A stretch of 63,958 bases of DNA, filler included, from Saprolegnia diclina VS20 (taxonomy: Eukaryota): assembly GCF_000281045.1 (NCBI RefSeq). It is 9 parts of 3 records of this genome, joined end to end, with 100 filler letters (N's around TTAATTAATTAA, not from the genome) between each part and the next. Parts side by side here need not be neighbours in the genome. Positions count along the whole stretch, not along the records: positions 1 to 13,460 come from NW_008246094.1; 8 more parts are not named here. One strand, written 5' to 3'. Of the stretch, positions 1 to 11,234 are shown one piece after another. The stretch's first letter is position 1. Every line of letters begins with the position of its first letter. Under the pieces are notes generated by a model. The model made no database searches, was not told the DNA's origin, and saw only the letters and a list, made by a program, of their open reading frames with translations. Position numbers and translations under genes: made by a program.

Positions 1-426
1 CGAGAGCGTGTGGTTGCCCTTGTTGGTGAGGACGAGCATGAGCGTGCCGGCGCAGAAGAGGACACCGGCCGAGAAGATGGTCGCGCGGCGGCCGTACTTG
101 TCGGCAATGTAGCCGCCGAGGTACGCACCAAAGATGCAGCCAATGTAGTAGAGCACGTTGTACAAGGTCGTAAAGGTCGACCAGTTGTCCGGGAGGTCGG
201 CCGAGGCGGCCGTGCAGTTCGTGTACGAGTTGCCGTCGTAGTCGACGCAAAAATCATTCAGAAACGAATCCATGACGAGGACACCGCCGGTGACGCCTTG
301 GTCATAGCCAAAGAAGATACCGCCGAGGGACGCAAAGACGCAGACGACGATCGCGTACGTGCGGGAGCCTTCGGTCGGTGCATCGTGGGCACCGCCGCTC
401 GGGAGCATCGCAATACCACCGGCCAT
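1..426 (-). CDS. Sugar porter (MFS) transporter, copy 1; 5' part only, runs off the window
   Basis: Reverse strand from ATG at 426 reads MAGGIAMLPSGGAHDAPTEGSRTYAIVVCVFASLGGIFFGYDQG...ADKYGRR, nearly identical to the full copy at 9708-11234. Confidence 0.92.
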   Translation of the reverse strand, partial: MAGGIAMLPSGGAHDAPTEGSRTYAIVVCVFASLGGIFFGYDQGVTGGVLVMDSFLNDFCVDYDGNSYTNCTAASADLPDNWSTFTTLYNVLYYIGCIFGAYLGGYIADKYGRRATIFSAGVLFCAGTLMLVLTNKGNHTLS

Positions 427-1387
427 GGTTCTCTGTTTTCTTCGACGAGCTGGTAGCACCGACGAGGCCGAGCACGATTCGCAAATGCTTCAGCCTCAGC
501 GTCGTGGCGAGCGCGACGCTTTGGATCCGGCGCCGCTTGGACGCGCCTTTTGGCGCGCTTGTTCGAAATCGGAAGGATCGCGCCAACTTCAACGTTGAAG
601 TTGTTCGTTTTTTGGCGTCCGCCGTCGGCCACCATGCGGCGAAATGGGTCAAATGGGTCAAACGGATGGGTCGTTTGACACAGCCTGGAACGATGGCTTG
701 TCGCGCACAGTTCAAGAACGACGGCTCCGAGTCCGAGCCGAGAGTGGTATTCCGCGTTCGTCGCCCCGTCCTTTCTTCGTTGGCGACAAAAATAATTGAA
801 CCTGCAAGCCGAACCGGTTACGACCACGACAAATGGGTGGTCGCCACCGTAGTAGGTGCTGCTGGCGTGCTGCCGGGTGTGAATACGACCGCCCCCAACG
901 TCACCTCATCAAGGCTCATCAAGGCAGGCAGTGCGAAGGACGGAAGCTGATAACGCCGGCCATCACGTGGCAGAGGCGGCAAGAACGAGCTGACCCTGCT
1001 TGTTCCCGTCCTTGCTTAGTATTAGTCCAGTGCGTGGGACTTCTTGCATATCGTGCAAGCACAAATACGAAGCATCAGCTGGATTTAGCCCAGAATCTGG
1101 TTCCGGCACGGAATTTACGGCCAAAGATACTCGGAGGGCGGATACATGGAGGGTACGCTCGTCGCTGCCTTCCGACCTCTCACCCGCCAGCTCGTATTGC
1201 TGCCAACCGCAGCGGTCGACAGAGCTGCTTGCGCTACACAAAGCGAAGGTGTCGGTGCTGAAAAGTGACGGTGCTCCGTCTTTTGCGGCGAACAAACCAC
1301 ATGGCCAAGTGCAATGTTTCGCCACCAGGTGGCCACGATGTTGAAGTTGCCCACGCACCCATGCACTTGCACAAGCTCAAGCTGCAA

Positions 1388-1405
1388 CCTCACTTTTCCT
1401 TTTGC
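1388..1405 (+). promoter_or_regulatory. Putative Inr/FPR-like core promoter of the sugar transporters
   Basis: CCTCACTTTTCCTTTTGC about 45 nt before the ATG. The same sequence lies at the same distance on the minus strand near 3918-3935 and 11263-11280. It matches the oomycete YCAYTYY initiator. Confidence 0.55.
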
Positions 1406-1433
1406 CTTTTCCAGCTCAAGCGGTCCATTCACT

Positions 1434-1603
1434 ATGGCTGGTGGTGTTGCCATCCTCCCGAGCGGCGGTGCCCACGATGCACCGACCGAAGGCTCCCGCA
1501 CGTACGCGATCGTCGTCTGCGTCTTTGCGTCCCTCGGCGGTATCTTCTTTGGCTATGACCAAGGCGTCACCGGCGGTGTCCTCGTCATGGACTCGTTCCT
1601 GAA
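1434..1603 (+). CDS. Sugar porter transporter, copy 2; 5' part, cut by N gap
   Basis: MAGGVAILPSGGAHDAPTEGSRTYAIVVCVFASLGGIFFGYDQGVTGGVLVMDSFL. The upstream leader matches copies 3 and 5. Confidence 0.85.
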
Positions 1604-1979
1604 NNNNNNNNNNNNNNNNNNNNNNNNNNNNNNNNNNNNNNNNNNNNNNNNNNNNNNNNNNNNNNNNNNNNNNNNNNNNNNNNNNNNNNNNNNNNNNNNN
1701 NNNTTCGCATTGTTGAAAGTCTCCGATTCGAGCGCTCGTATGATTCACTTTGTTGGCTTCTTGGGCTGAAGCACAGCGACAGGACATGACGAGCGCAAAA
1801 GCTGAAAACCATTCGCAGGACTCGGGTTCGCCACCGAGCTCTTGTTGGCGTTGGTCGAGAAGCCGACGTAACCGGTCGTCGTCGAGCACCCGCTGCCACT
1901 GCGCAGCCGTGTCGCCGCTGACGCCAAAGCTGCGGATGTCGTTGCCGTGTCGGTGCTCGCTAGGTCACATGTGCCTACA

Positions 1980-2274
1980 GACGGTCAAACCAAGATGACT
2001 GCAATTGAACGAATCGCTTTGCGGCTTGAGCAGCACTAGGAAAACTAGCGCCCAACGCAGCCGCCTCTCGCAGACCAAGGTGTACCTTCAACAACGGAAG
2101 GCCCGAGCGAGAATCTCTCACACGTTCTACACCACGACGTCTGGCTCGACCATTCTGGGTACGAGGCGTACAGTAGGCTTGGCCTGAAGCTGCACATACC
2201 ACTGCAGGTATTCCTAGCGTTGCTCAAGCCGCAAAGCGACGCGTTTGATTGCAGTCACCTTGGTTTGAGCTGTC
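1980..2274. repeat. Inverted repeat with ~64-bp arms and ~167-bp spacer, MITE/foldback-like
   Basis: 1980-2043 GACGGTCAAACCAAGATGACTGCAATTGAACGAATCGCTTTGCGGCTTGAGCAGCACTAGGAA pairs with the reverse complement of 2211-2274 with few mismatches. Confidence 0.75.
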
Positions 2275-2539
2275 GCAAGTGCATTCATGCTGGCTTCTAG
2301 TCGTAGCCTTTCAACTCGCTGCGTCCATGCTTGAACACAGCGACAGCAAGCCGTCGAGCTCGGTCAAGAAGACGCGAGTGCAAGAGAGCTCGTCGAACGG
2401 CGTGGCGACGACGACCAACGGCCGCGCTGTCAAGTACTTGATTGTCCAAAGGCTTGGAAGCAACACAAGGATACATTATCTTATGAAGAAGAGAGATGGA
2501 TCCGTCACTAAACTAGGCACAGGGGAGCGAGGTTGGCGC

Positions 2540-3889
2540 TTAGGCTTCGTCAAACTTGGGCGTCTCAATGGGCGCCTTGGCCGACGGCTTCGGCGCGTCC
2601 TTGGAGAAGAGAAGCTCAATGTCCTCGAGGAGGAGGCCCTTCGTCTCCGGGCAATTGAAGTACACGTAGGTATAAGCCAGCGCACAAAGCGCCGTGAAGA
2701 GGAAGAAGACGCCGTTGATGTTGAGGTACGGGAAGAGCTTGGGAATGCCGATCATGAGCGCACCCATGCACCAGTTGGCCATCGACGACGCCGAGACGGC
2801 CTTGGCGCGCACGTTCATCGGGAAGATCTCGGCCGGGTAGACCCAGCAGATCGGACCCCACGAAATCGCAAAGTTGAAGATGAAGAAGGCCGTAAACACA
2901 ATCATAGTCCAGCCCGCACCCGTCGAGCAGTCCGACTTGCTCGTGTCACCCTTGCAGCCCGCCGTGAACGCAATGGCAGAGACCAAGTGACCAATCACCA
3001 TCCCGGCGGCGCCAAGGAGAAGCAAGCGGCGGCGACCGATCTTGTCGACCCAGACCATGGCAGGAATCGTCGAGAGGAAGTTGACAATTTGGAAGATGAG
3101 GAGTGACACGACACCGTCACCAACGACGTCCTTGAAGATCTGACCGCCGTACGTGAAGATCGGGTTGATACCGGTGGCCTGCTGAAGAAGCTGGAGCGAG
3201 CAAGCNNNNNNNNNNNNNNNNNNNNNNNNNNNNNNNNNNNNNNNNNNNNNNNNNNNNNNNNNNNNNNNNNNNNNNNNNNNNNNNNNNNNNNNNNNNNNNN
3301 NNNNNNNNNNNNNNNNNNNNNNNNNNNNNNNNNNNNNNNNNNNNNNNNNNNNNNNNNNNNNNNNNNNNNNNNNNNNNNNNNNNNNNNNNNNNNNNNNNNN
3401 NNNNNNNNNNNNNNNNNNNNNNNNNNNNNNNNNNNNNNNNNNNNNNNNNNNNNNNNNNNNNNNNNNNNNNNNNNNNNNNNNNNNNNNNNNNNNNNNNNNN
3501 NNNNNNNNNNNNNNNNNNNNNNNNNNNNNNGCGGAGAAGATGGCGGCGCGGCGGCCATACTTGTCAGCGATGACACCGCCGAGGTACGCACCAAAGATGC
3601 AGCCAATGTAGTAGAGCACGTTGAAGAGCGTCGTGAAGGTCGACCAGTTGTCCGGGAGGTCGGCCGAGTTGACGGTGCAGGCAGCCTTCGTGTTGCCGTC
3701 GTAGTCGACGCAGAAATCGTTCAGGAACGAGTCCATGACGAGGACACCGCCGGTGACGCCTTGGTCATAGCCAAAGAAGATACCGCCGAGTGACGAAAAG
3801 ACGCAGACGACGATCGCGTACGTGCGGGAGCCTTCGGTGGGCACGTCGTGGGCACCGCCGGTCGGGAGGATGACAACACCACCAGCCAT
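2540..3889 (-). CDS. Sugar porter transporter, copy 3 (internal N gap)
   Basis: GYDQG, DKYGRR, QQATGIN, DKIGRR, WGPICWVYPAEIFP and PETKG motifs. True start is MAGGVV at 3889. Confidence 0.93.
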   Translation of the reverse strand: MAGGVVILPTGGAHDVPTEGSRTYAIVVCVFSSLGGIFFGYDQGVTGGVLVMDSFLNDFCVDYDGNTKAACTVNSADLPDNWSTFTTLFNVLYYIGCIFGAYLGGVIADKYGRRAAIFSXXXXXXXXXXXXXXXXXXXXXXXXXXXXXXXXXXXXXXXXXXXXXXXXXXXXXXXXXXXXXXXXXXXXXXXXXXXXXXXXXXXXXXXXXXXXXXXXXXXXXXXXXXXXXACSLQLLQQATGINPIFTYGGQIFKDVVGDGVVSLLIFQIVNFLSTIPAMVWVDKIGRRRLLLLGAAGMVIGHLVSAIAFTAGCKGDTSKSDCSTGAGWTMIVFTAFFIFNFAISWGPICWVYPAEIFPMNVRAKAVSASSMANWCMGALMIGIPKLFPYLNINGVFFLFTALCALAYTYVYFNCPETKGLLLEDIELLFSKDAPKPSAKAPIETPKFDEA

Positions 3890-4078
3890 AGTGAATGGAC
3901 CGCTTGCGCTGAAAAAGGCAAAAGGAAAAGTGAGGTTGGAGCTTGAGCTTGAGCTTGTGCAAGTGCATGGGTGTGTGGGCCACTTCAACGTCGTCAGCGA
4001 CGACGTTGAAGTGACCTAGGTGGCAACACATTGCACTTGGGCCACGTGGTGTTTCGGCGTAAAAGACGAAGCAGTCGG

Positions 4079-4363
4079 CAATCAGAGCGTCGTTGTCATG
4101 GGAGTTCAAAATTGGATCATCGTCGGATTCATTTCCCCAGGGTGTTTGGGTGTATGAGGGCACGATTAGTATCCCCACATTGTGGGGATTCGAATGCCGT
4201 AGTGGAGAGGAGGGTGGGGGTGTTGGGGAGCGCGTTCGTGGGGGGTGTTGGGGAGCGCGTTCGTGGAGGGTTGGTTGATGGTCGATAGAGTGGGACGACG
4301 TACTACTTGACGACCCATCAGGATACGACGCTCTCATTGAGTGTCTTAGCAGGTGCTTCGGCA
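4079..4363. mobile_element. MITE-like insertion in the copy-3 promoter, with a G-rich tandem repeat
   Basis: Absent from the homologous copy-2 upstream region. Imperfect TIRs (CAATCAGAGCGTCGTTGTCATGGG versus the reverse complement of ~4313-4339) and TCGGCA direct repeats at 4075-4080 and 4358-4363. Confidence 0.55.
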
Positions 4364-5635
4364 CTTTGTAGCACCGCCGTCGTCACAGTGTGTGACGCAA
4401 ACAACTCTGCCGATCAACGCCGAGCGCGAAAAGCAGATCCGCTCTCGAGCTATACCCACAAAGTAGCTTGGCCGTAAATTCCGTGCCGGAACTAGATACT
4501 GCGCAAAATCTAGCAGACGCTTCGTATTTGTGCCTGCAGTGTCGAACGCTTGGCGGCGGGGAAGAGACGGTGGGTTCGGATGGGCACTTGGGTGCTACCT
4601 CTTGACGAGGAAGGGAAAATGAGGAGTAGCACATATGGGATTGGTAACCTGGTCCAGCAAGAGCGCGGCCATCGCTAAAACCTTTGTTAGCGTAGCTTGT
4701 TGGCGTCTATGTTACGTGTTCGTTTAGGCTTGCGTACATCCTGGCGCACACCGACTGGCTCGCCCGAAACGACCGAGTCTTCCGTCCCGAAGCGCCCGTC
4801 GCGACGTCCGCAGCGGCCGCACGCGCGCTGCGTTCTTGACCAAGCTGCATCTTCAACCTTTGCTGTTGGATACCCAATTGATGTGTCTTTTCCAACTGAC
4901 GAACGTCCTTCGTCTCGACGCCTGGCTTCCCGTCCACCTCGTTCCGGCCTCGCCATACACGCACCTCGCGTTCGAGACGGCGAAGCCTCGCCGCTGCCGT
5001 CAGTCGCAAACCGAGTTGCGACTCGGTGTAAAGTATATCTAACGAAGCTCACTTCAACATCAACGTGATCATACCGTATCGGAAAAGACGTCGTAAAGTG
5101 CAGCAGCTTCAAGCGCGACGAGCAACGTGCTGGCGACCGTACCACTTCAACTTGCAACANNNNNNNNNNNNNNNNNNNNNNNNNNNNNNNNNNNNNNNNN
5201 NNNNNNNNNNNNNNNNNNNNNNNNNNNNNNNNNNNNNNNNNNNNNNNNNNNNNNNNNNNAGCTCCGCCACCCAAAAACCACCTCCTGTGAGAATATATTA
5301 CATGGACATATCACTTCTTGGAGACCATCGTTGGAGATACCTGAGACGAATGCGGCGTCTCGGACCATTTTCAAGAAGAGAAAGAGGTTTTCCGCGCGAT
5401 GGGACGAGCAGTCACGAACAACAGAAGAACAGAAGCACAGAAGGACAGAAGTCCAAGCAGCAAAACAAGCCAAGGCACAGAGCGGCCCCGCTCTGATCAT
5501 TCCGCATTTTGCAGCCCGTAGCAAATTAGCTAACCCACCTCGCCCACCACTGGGCAGGCGGGGCACCAATACATTCGTTACCCCCCAATCTGCTCGGCCG
5601 TCTGCGAGGAATTACAAACGATCGAGTCCACGTGA

Positions 5636-5760
5636 TGTCGGGGGCACTCGAACGTGTGCGATCGTCGTGTGCGCCTTTGCGTCGCTCGGCGATCTCGTCT
5701 TTGGCTGCGATCAAGGCGCCACCGGCGGTGTTCTTGTCATGCTCGTTCTAGTACACTTCC
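5636..5760 (+). pseudogene. Degenerate 5' fragment of a sugar porter gene
   Basis: GGTRTCAIVVCAFASLGDLVFGCDQGATGGVLVM followed by indels. No proper start and no continuation. Confidence 0.8.
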
Positions 5761-5968
5761 CGACTCGTGTCGACTCGAGTCGGGTTGGGGCAAGAGACAT
5801 AATATATATTTTTGAATATCCCTAGGCTTGGGGTACGAAACGTCTCGTCGACGCTACCTCGTGTTTTGGCCACGGAGCGATTTTTTCGTGTGCCCTGTGG
5901 ACGCAGAAGTGGGTTGCGACATGCACCGGTGAATTTGGAAAACGAATGAAAATGCACAGGTTGTCCCA

Positions 5969-7486
5969 TTACTCGAGGACAAATGGCGGAAACGGCGACG
6001 AGCGCGACGAATGCGACGCCTCCAACTGGCTCGAGCCGCCAAAGAGCTCGTCAATGTCTTCGAGAAACATGCCTTTGGTTTCCGGGCACTTGAAGTAGAC
6101 ATAGACACCGGCGAGGGTGCAGAGCGCCGCAAAGAGGAAGAAGACGCCGTTGATGTTGAGGTACGGGAAGAGCTTGGGGATGCCAATCATGAGCGCGCCC
6201 ATGGCCCAGTTCATCATGGTCGACGCCGAGACGGCCTTGGCGCGCACCTTCATCGGGAAGATCTCGGCCGGGTAGATCCAGCAGATCGGACCCCACGAAA
6301 TCGCAAAGTTGAAGATGAAGAACGCAGTTGCAGCAATCATAGCCCAGCCCGCGCTCGTCGAGCAGTCGAGATGCGTCGTGTTGCCGTCGCAGCCGATGCT
6401 AAAGACGGTCGCCGACACCAAATGGCCGAGCACCATGCCGGCCGCGCCAACGAGGAGGAGCGTGCGCCGGCCGTAGCGGTCGACCCAGTACATGGCTGGG
6501 ATCGTCGAGGCAAAATTTACAATCTGGAGAATCAAGAGCGAGAGCAAACCATCGCCGACAACGTCCTTGAAGATCTGACCGCCGTACACAAACACAGGGT
6601 TGATACCGGTGGCTTGCTGGAGGAGCTGCAGCAGCATCGCAATCGCAAGCCGCGGGCGGATCGACGGGTGCCAGAGGTCCGACCACGACGACTGGTGCCG
6701 GCCTTCGTCGTCGATCGCGTCAGCTATCGCATCGAGCTCCTCGTGGATGTTGTCGGTCTTGCGCAATAGAAGGAGTTCACGATGGGCAGCAACGCGGCCG
6801 CGCGCCTTGTACACCCAGCGGGGCGACTCGGGCACGCAAAAGATCCCGGCCATGACAATGACCGGAAAGACCATCGCAATTCCATTTGTGATGCGCCACC
6901 CGTGGTCTCTGTGCTCGAGAGCAAAATTCACAAAGCCGACGAGGACGATGCCGGTGACAACCGCCATTTGCATAAAGCCCGAGAGCATACCGCGGAGCTC
7001 CTTGGGGGCCATCTCAGCACCAAAAATCGGCAGCGAGAACGACGAGTTGCCGACGCCAAGGCCTTGGATGCAGCGCGCAATGAGCGCGACGAGATGGCTG
7101 CCCGACGGTGTCAAGACGAGGAGGCACGTCCCGACGCAAAAGAGAACACCCGCAAAGAAGATCGTCGCGCGCCGACCTAATTTGTCGGCAATGTAGCCGC
7201 CAACAAAGGCGCCAACGATGCAGCCAACGTAGTAAATGACGTTGTAGACAGTCGTAAAGTTGAGCCAGTTGGACGGCAGCCGCGCGCTGTCGGCCGTGCA
7301 GTGCAGGTATGTGTTGCCGTCATACCCGACACAAAAGTCGTACAAGAACGAGTCCATGACGAGGACGCCGCCGGTGACGCCTTGGTCATAGCCAAAGAAG
7401 ACACCGCCGAGCGACGCAAAGACGCAGACGACGATCGCATACGTGCGTGAGCCCTCGGTCGGGGGCCGGGCTTTTCGAAACGCCAT
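5969..7486 (-). CDS. Sugar porter transporter, copy 4 (divergent paralog, 505 aa, intronless)
   Basis: Complete ORF with GYDQG, DKLGRR, PESPRW, QQATGIN, DRYGRR and PETKG. Confidence 0.96.
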   Translation of the reverse strand: MAFRKARPPTEGSRTYAIVVCVFASLGGVFFGYDQGVTGGVLVMDSFLYDFCVGYDGNTYLHCTADSARLPSNWLNFTTVYNVIYYVGCIVGAFVGGYIADKLGRRATIFFAGVLFCVGTCLLVLTPSGSHLVALIARCIQGLGVGNSSFSLPIFGAEMAPKELRGMLSGFMQMAVVTGIVLVGFVNFALEHRDHGWRITNGIAMVFPVIVMAGIFCVPESPRWVYKARGRVAAHRELLLLRKTDNIHEELDAIADAIDDEGRHQSSWSDLWHPSIRPRLAIAMLLQLLQQATGINPVFVYGGQIFKDVVGDGLLSLLILQIVNFASTIPAMYWVDRYGRRTLLLVGAAGMVLGHLVSATVFSIGCDGNTTHLDCSTSAGWAMIAATAFFIFNFAISWGPICWIYPAEIFPMKVRAKAVSASTMMNWAMGALMIGIPKLFPYLNINGVFFLFAALCTLAGVYVYFKCPETKGMFLEDIDELFGGSSQLEASHSSRSSPFPPFVLE

Positions 7487-8849
7487 GCGTAGTGTACTGT
7501 AGCTGCAAAGTGCAATGTGGCCATGTGACCATGAAGGATCACTGGTCTCGTAGTCGCGTCAGCGCGTCGTCATGGTTGTCTCTTGTCGTTTCGGCAGCTT
7601 CAAGCGAGGCTTCAAGCACGCGCGTGGGTGGAGCGTGCAACGCTGCATCGTATGGCGCGGCGTGGCAACACCACCGTGTTCTTTTGTGTGCGGTTGACAA
7701 AGCCGAGAGGGAAAGTGACTTGAAAGACGCAACTTTCTGGGACCGCAGCACTCGGACGGGACCAGCATGCTGCGACTCTACCTAATAGCTTGCCTAGTCG
7801 GGAGCGAGAGTAGTATTGTAATGCCGAGAATACCACTCGGATAGACTCAGACTATTAAAATCGACGCACTGGATGGACATGTCGCTACATTTGTACTGTT
7901 GGTACTGCGCTTGGAGATGAGACGCTGGGCTGGGATGGGCATTTGGGTGCTTCCTCGTTAGAGGAAGAGGGAAAGGAGAAATAGCAAAGATTACGCACCA
8001 GAGAATTAGGATGGGATGCGTAACACGGGCGCGCAAAGCTGGTCGCGGCCATATTGGGTCGCGGCATTCGTTGAAAGCGATGTTTGCGTAGCTTGTTGGC
8101 GTCTATATTACGTGTTCATGGAAATGCACGTTGCACAAGCCAAGCAAAGCTTCAAGTTCGATGAGCAGCACCCAAGGTCCCACTTCAACGTGCAACACGT
8201 GTTTTCCCGAAAATCCAGGTAAAATCCATGGGTAAAATCAAGTCCACAGGATGACGCAGCGTGTGCTTGTCTCGATTGGCATCGTGATTGACGATTTCGT
8301 CGAGTCGACCAAAGTCCGTGTCGAGAATGCCTCTTGTGAGTGTACTTGGTAGCTCGATGCGAACTCGGCTAGCGGGGGCAAAGGCATCGGATCAGATGAC
8401 CGGAGATGTAGCGTCATCCGCCCATCGTTATCAGTGTAAACGAAAGAAAGACGTAGGAGAAGCTGGTACGCTGCTATTCCACGAAGCAAGCGCTGGCACT
8501 CCCCTCGCAGTGGTCCACTCGCATCCCTACCTGTCGGTTTTATCACAAAATGCAATCGGCGGTCATGATTCTTTGTTCGCTTGACGGGTTTGACCAAAGG
8601 TTAGTTTCCGCGAGCGTGCAGCAGGTCACTGCATCGAACCCAACGACCCAGCACGCTCTAACACACTACTACGACAAAAGTTGGATATCAGGTCAGCAGA
8701 TATCGTGTGAGGTCATGCAGCGACACCTGTCGGCTATATGATCCATTACCGTACTTAACAAAGTATACACTTTGGTTCGCGCCAAGAAAGTGATGAAATT
8801 AACGTTAAGAGTGGTCCATTTTCAAAATGACTGACCAATAGAACGCAAG

Positions 8850-9280
8850 CTAGTCTACTCTGATAGGTTGACGGCAGACTGGATCTCGAGCAGTGAAGCG
8901 TTGATGCAAACCCTCGAGTCCGTCGAGAAGCTCCTCAGCGGTCTTGCACCGTGGATCCTGGCCGTACTTTCTGAACGCTGCGGCGATGCCTTTGTTGGCT
9001 GCTTGGACAGAGTCGATCTTGCGTGTTGCCGTCTCGATCCATTCGAGGACGCTTTCGCGTGAGCTCGATGTCTCTGTTCCCAAGGCTTGGATGCAAGTAA
9101 AAGAAGATGGTGCACGCCTTGTCAGACCACGGATACGTATGACGTCGCTCGGCCGTGCGCCGAGGAGCCACCGCGGAAGAAACGTCTTCGCCCACCCACG
9201 GCGGATTAATGGCGCGAAGCTGCTTCATGGCATCACGCATGCGTTGACGGTGTCGTGCCACGTGGACGATGTCATGCTCT
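8850..9280 (-). pseudogene. Possible decayed pogo/Tigger-like (DDE_1) transposase C-terminus
   Basis: SRESVLEWIETATRKI...IAAAFRKYG resembles the PSR..v.eWi..aw..i....i..gFrkcG tail. Frameshifted, and no second TIR was found. Confidence 0.25.
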
Positions 9281-9707
9281 GACTATATCGCGGCGGTCTC
9301 GATCGTGTGCGGCGTGAGTTCGGGAAACAAAGAGGTACGCATGGTTTTTAGCCCGTCCCTGGGGTCGCGAGTTTCTCGCTGGCGCGCTTCTTGAGCACGC
9401 ACCCACTCCGCGTTCTCTGGTTATTGCAAAATGAACTTCTTCGTCGAGCAAATCGAGGAATGGGCGACGCCAGCGTCGAGTGTGCTGTCTATTTTGAGAG
9501 TGTTTTTCTGAAAATTGACGCGGAGCAGCAGTGATATTTTTGTTAAGGAAAAACCACTTTTGTGCAGGGAGTTTGCCCATTCGACGAACAGAGTGAGACC
9601 TGACTTGGAAATAGTGTCATATGAATGTACGAGGATGCATTCTGTGATATAGTTTTATTGCAAACTACGACTAACGTTAGACAAACAAATGGGGAGGTTG
9701 GCTGCGC

Positions 9708-11234
9708 TTAGGCTTCGTCAAACTTGGGCGTCTCGATGGGCGCCTTGGCCAGCGGGCTCTTCAAAAAGAGGAGCTCAATGTCTTCGAGAAGTAGACCCTT
9801 GGTTTCGGGGCACTTGAACCAGACATAGACACCGGCAAGCGTGCAGAGTCCGGCAAAGAGGAAGAAGACGCCGTTGATGTTGAGGTACGGGAAGAGCTTC
9901 GGCACGCCGATCATGATGGCGCCCATGGCCCAGTTGGTCATCGTCGACGCCGAGACGGCCTTGGCACGAATGTTCATCGGGAAGATCTCGGCCGGGTAGA
10001 TCCAGCACACGGGACCCCATGAAATCGCAAAGTTGAAGATGAAGAAGGCCGTGAACACAATCATCGTCCAGCCCGCACCCGTCGAGCAGTCCGACTTGCT
10101 GGTGTCACCGTTGCAGCCGGCCGAAAATGAGATGGCCGAGACCAAGTGCCCGATGACCATACCAGCAGCACCGACAAGAAGCAACTTGCGGCGACCGATC
10201 TTGTCGACCCAGTACATGGCAGGAATCGTCGAGAGGAAGTTGACAATCTGGAAGATGAGAAGCGACACGATACCGTCACCGACGACGTCCTTGAAGATCT
10301 GACCGCCGTACGTGAAGATCGGGTTGATACCGGTGGCTTGCTGGAGGAGCTGGAGCAAGCACGCAATGAAAAGGCGCGGGCGGATGGACGGGTGCCAGAG
10401 GTCAGCCCATGTGGCCGAGTCATGGCCCTCTTCTTCAAGGGCGTCACCGATAGCCTGGAGCTCAGCACCGACGTTCTCGGTACGACGGAGACGCTTGAGC
10501 TCGGTCTCGGCGACCTCACGGCCCTTGGCCTTGTACAGCCAGCGCGGCGACTCGGGCACGCAAAAGATACCGGCCATGACGATCACGGGGAAGGCCATTG
10601 CGATGGCATTCGTCACGCGCCAACCGTGCGTATAGTCCTGGACGATGTAGTTGATGATACCGGCGAGGAGAAGGCCGGTGACGATCGACATCTGCATGAA
10701 GCCCGAGAGCATACCGCGAAGCTCCTTGGGGGCCATCTCGGCACCGAAGATCGGCAGCGAGAACGACGAGTTGCCGACGCCAAAGCCTTGGATGATGCGC
10801 GCAATCAAAGAGAGCGTATGGTTGCCCGAGTTGGTGAGGACGAGCATGAGCGTGCCGACGCAGAAGAGGACACCCGCCGAGAAGATGGTCGCGCGGCGGC
10901 CGTACTTGTCGGCAATGTAGCCGCCGAGACAAGCACCGACGATGCAGCCCATGTAATAGAGCACGTTGTACAAGGTCGTAAAGGTCGACCAGTTGTCCGG
11001 GAGGTCGGCCGAGGCGGCCGTGCAGTTCGTGTACGAGTTGCCGTCGTAGTCGACGCAGAAATCGTTCAGAAACGAATCCATGACGAGGACACCGCCGGTG
11101 ACGCCTTGGTCATAGCCAAAGAAGATACCGCCGAGCGACGCAAAGACGCAGACGACGATCGCGTACGTGCGCGAACCTTCGGTCGGTGCATCGTGGGCAC
11201 CGCCGCTCGGGAGCATCGCAATACCGCCAGCCAT
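9708..11234 (-). CDS. Sugar porter transporter, copy 5 (508 aa, intronless)
   Basis: Complete ORF with a 12-TM-like pattern and all sugar porter signatures (GYDQG, DKYGRR, PESPRW, QQATG, PETKG). Confidence 0.97.
   Translation of the reverse strand: MAGGIAMLPSGGAHDAPTEGSRTYAIVVCVFASLGGIFFGYDQGVTGGVLVMDSFLNDFCVDYDGNSYTNCTAASADLPDNWSTFTTLYNVLYYMGCIVGACLGGYIADKYGRRATIFSAGVLFCVGTLMLVLTNSGNHTLSLIARIIQGFGVGNSSFSLPIFGAEMAPKELRGMLSGFMQMSIVTGLLLAGIINYIVQDYTHGWRVTNAIAMAFPVIVMAGIFCVPESPRWLYKAKGREVAETELKRLRRTENVGAELQAIGDALEEEGHDSATWADLWHPSIRPRLFIACLLQLLQQATGINPIFTYGGQIFKDVVGDGIVSLLIFQIVNFLSTIPAMYWVDKIGRRKLLLVGAAGMVIGHLVSAISFSAGCNGDTSKSDCSTGAGWTMIVFTAFFIFNFAISWGPVCWIYPAEIFPMNIRAKAVSASTMTNWAMGAIMIGVPKLFPYLNINGVFFLFAGLCTLAGVYVWFKCPETKGLLLEDIELLFLKSPLAKAPIETPKFDEA

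Noticed and set aside
5747..5784. Helitron-like end (CCCGACTCG/CGAGTCGGG hairpin beside CTAG)
   Set aside because: The CTAG is a mutated CTTG within the transporter pseudogene (cf. TCGTTCTTGTACGAC in copy 4) and is not followed by T on the relevant strand.
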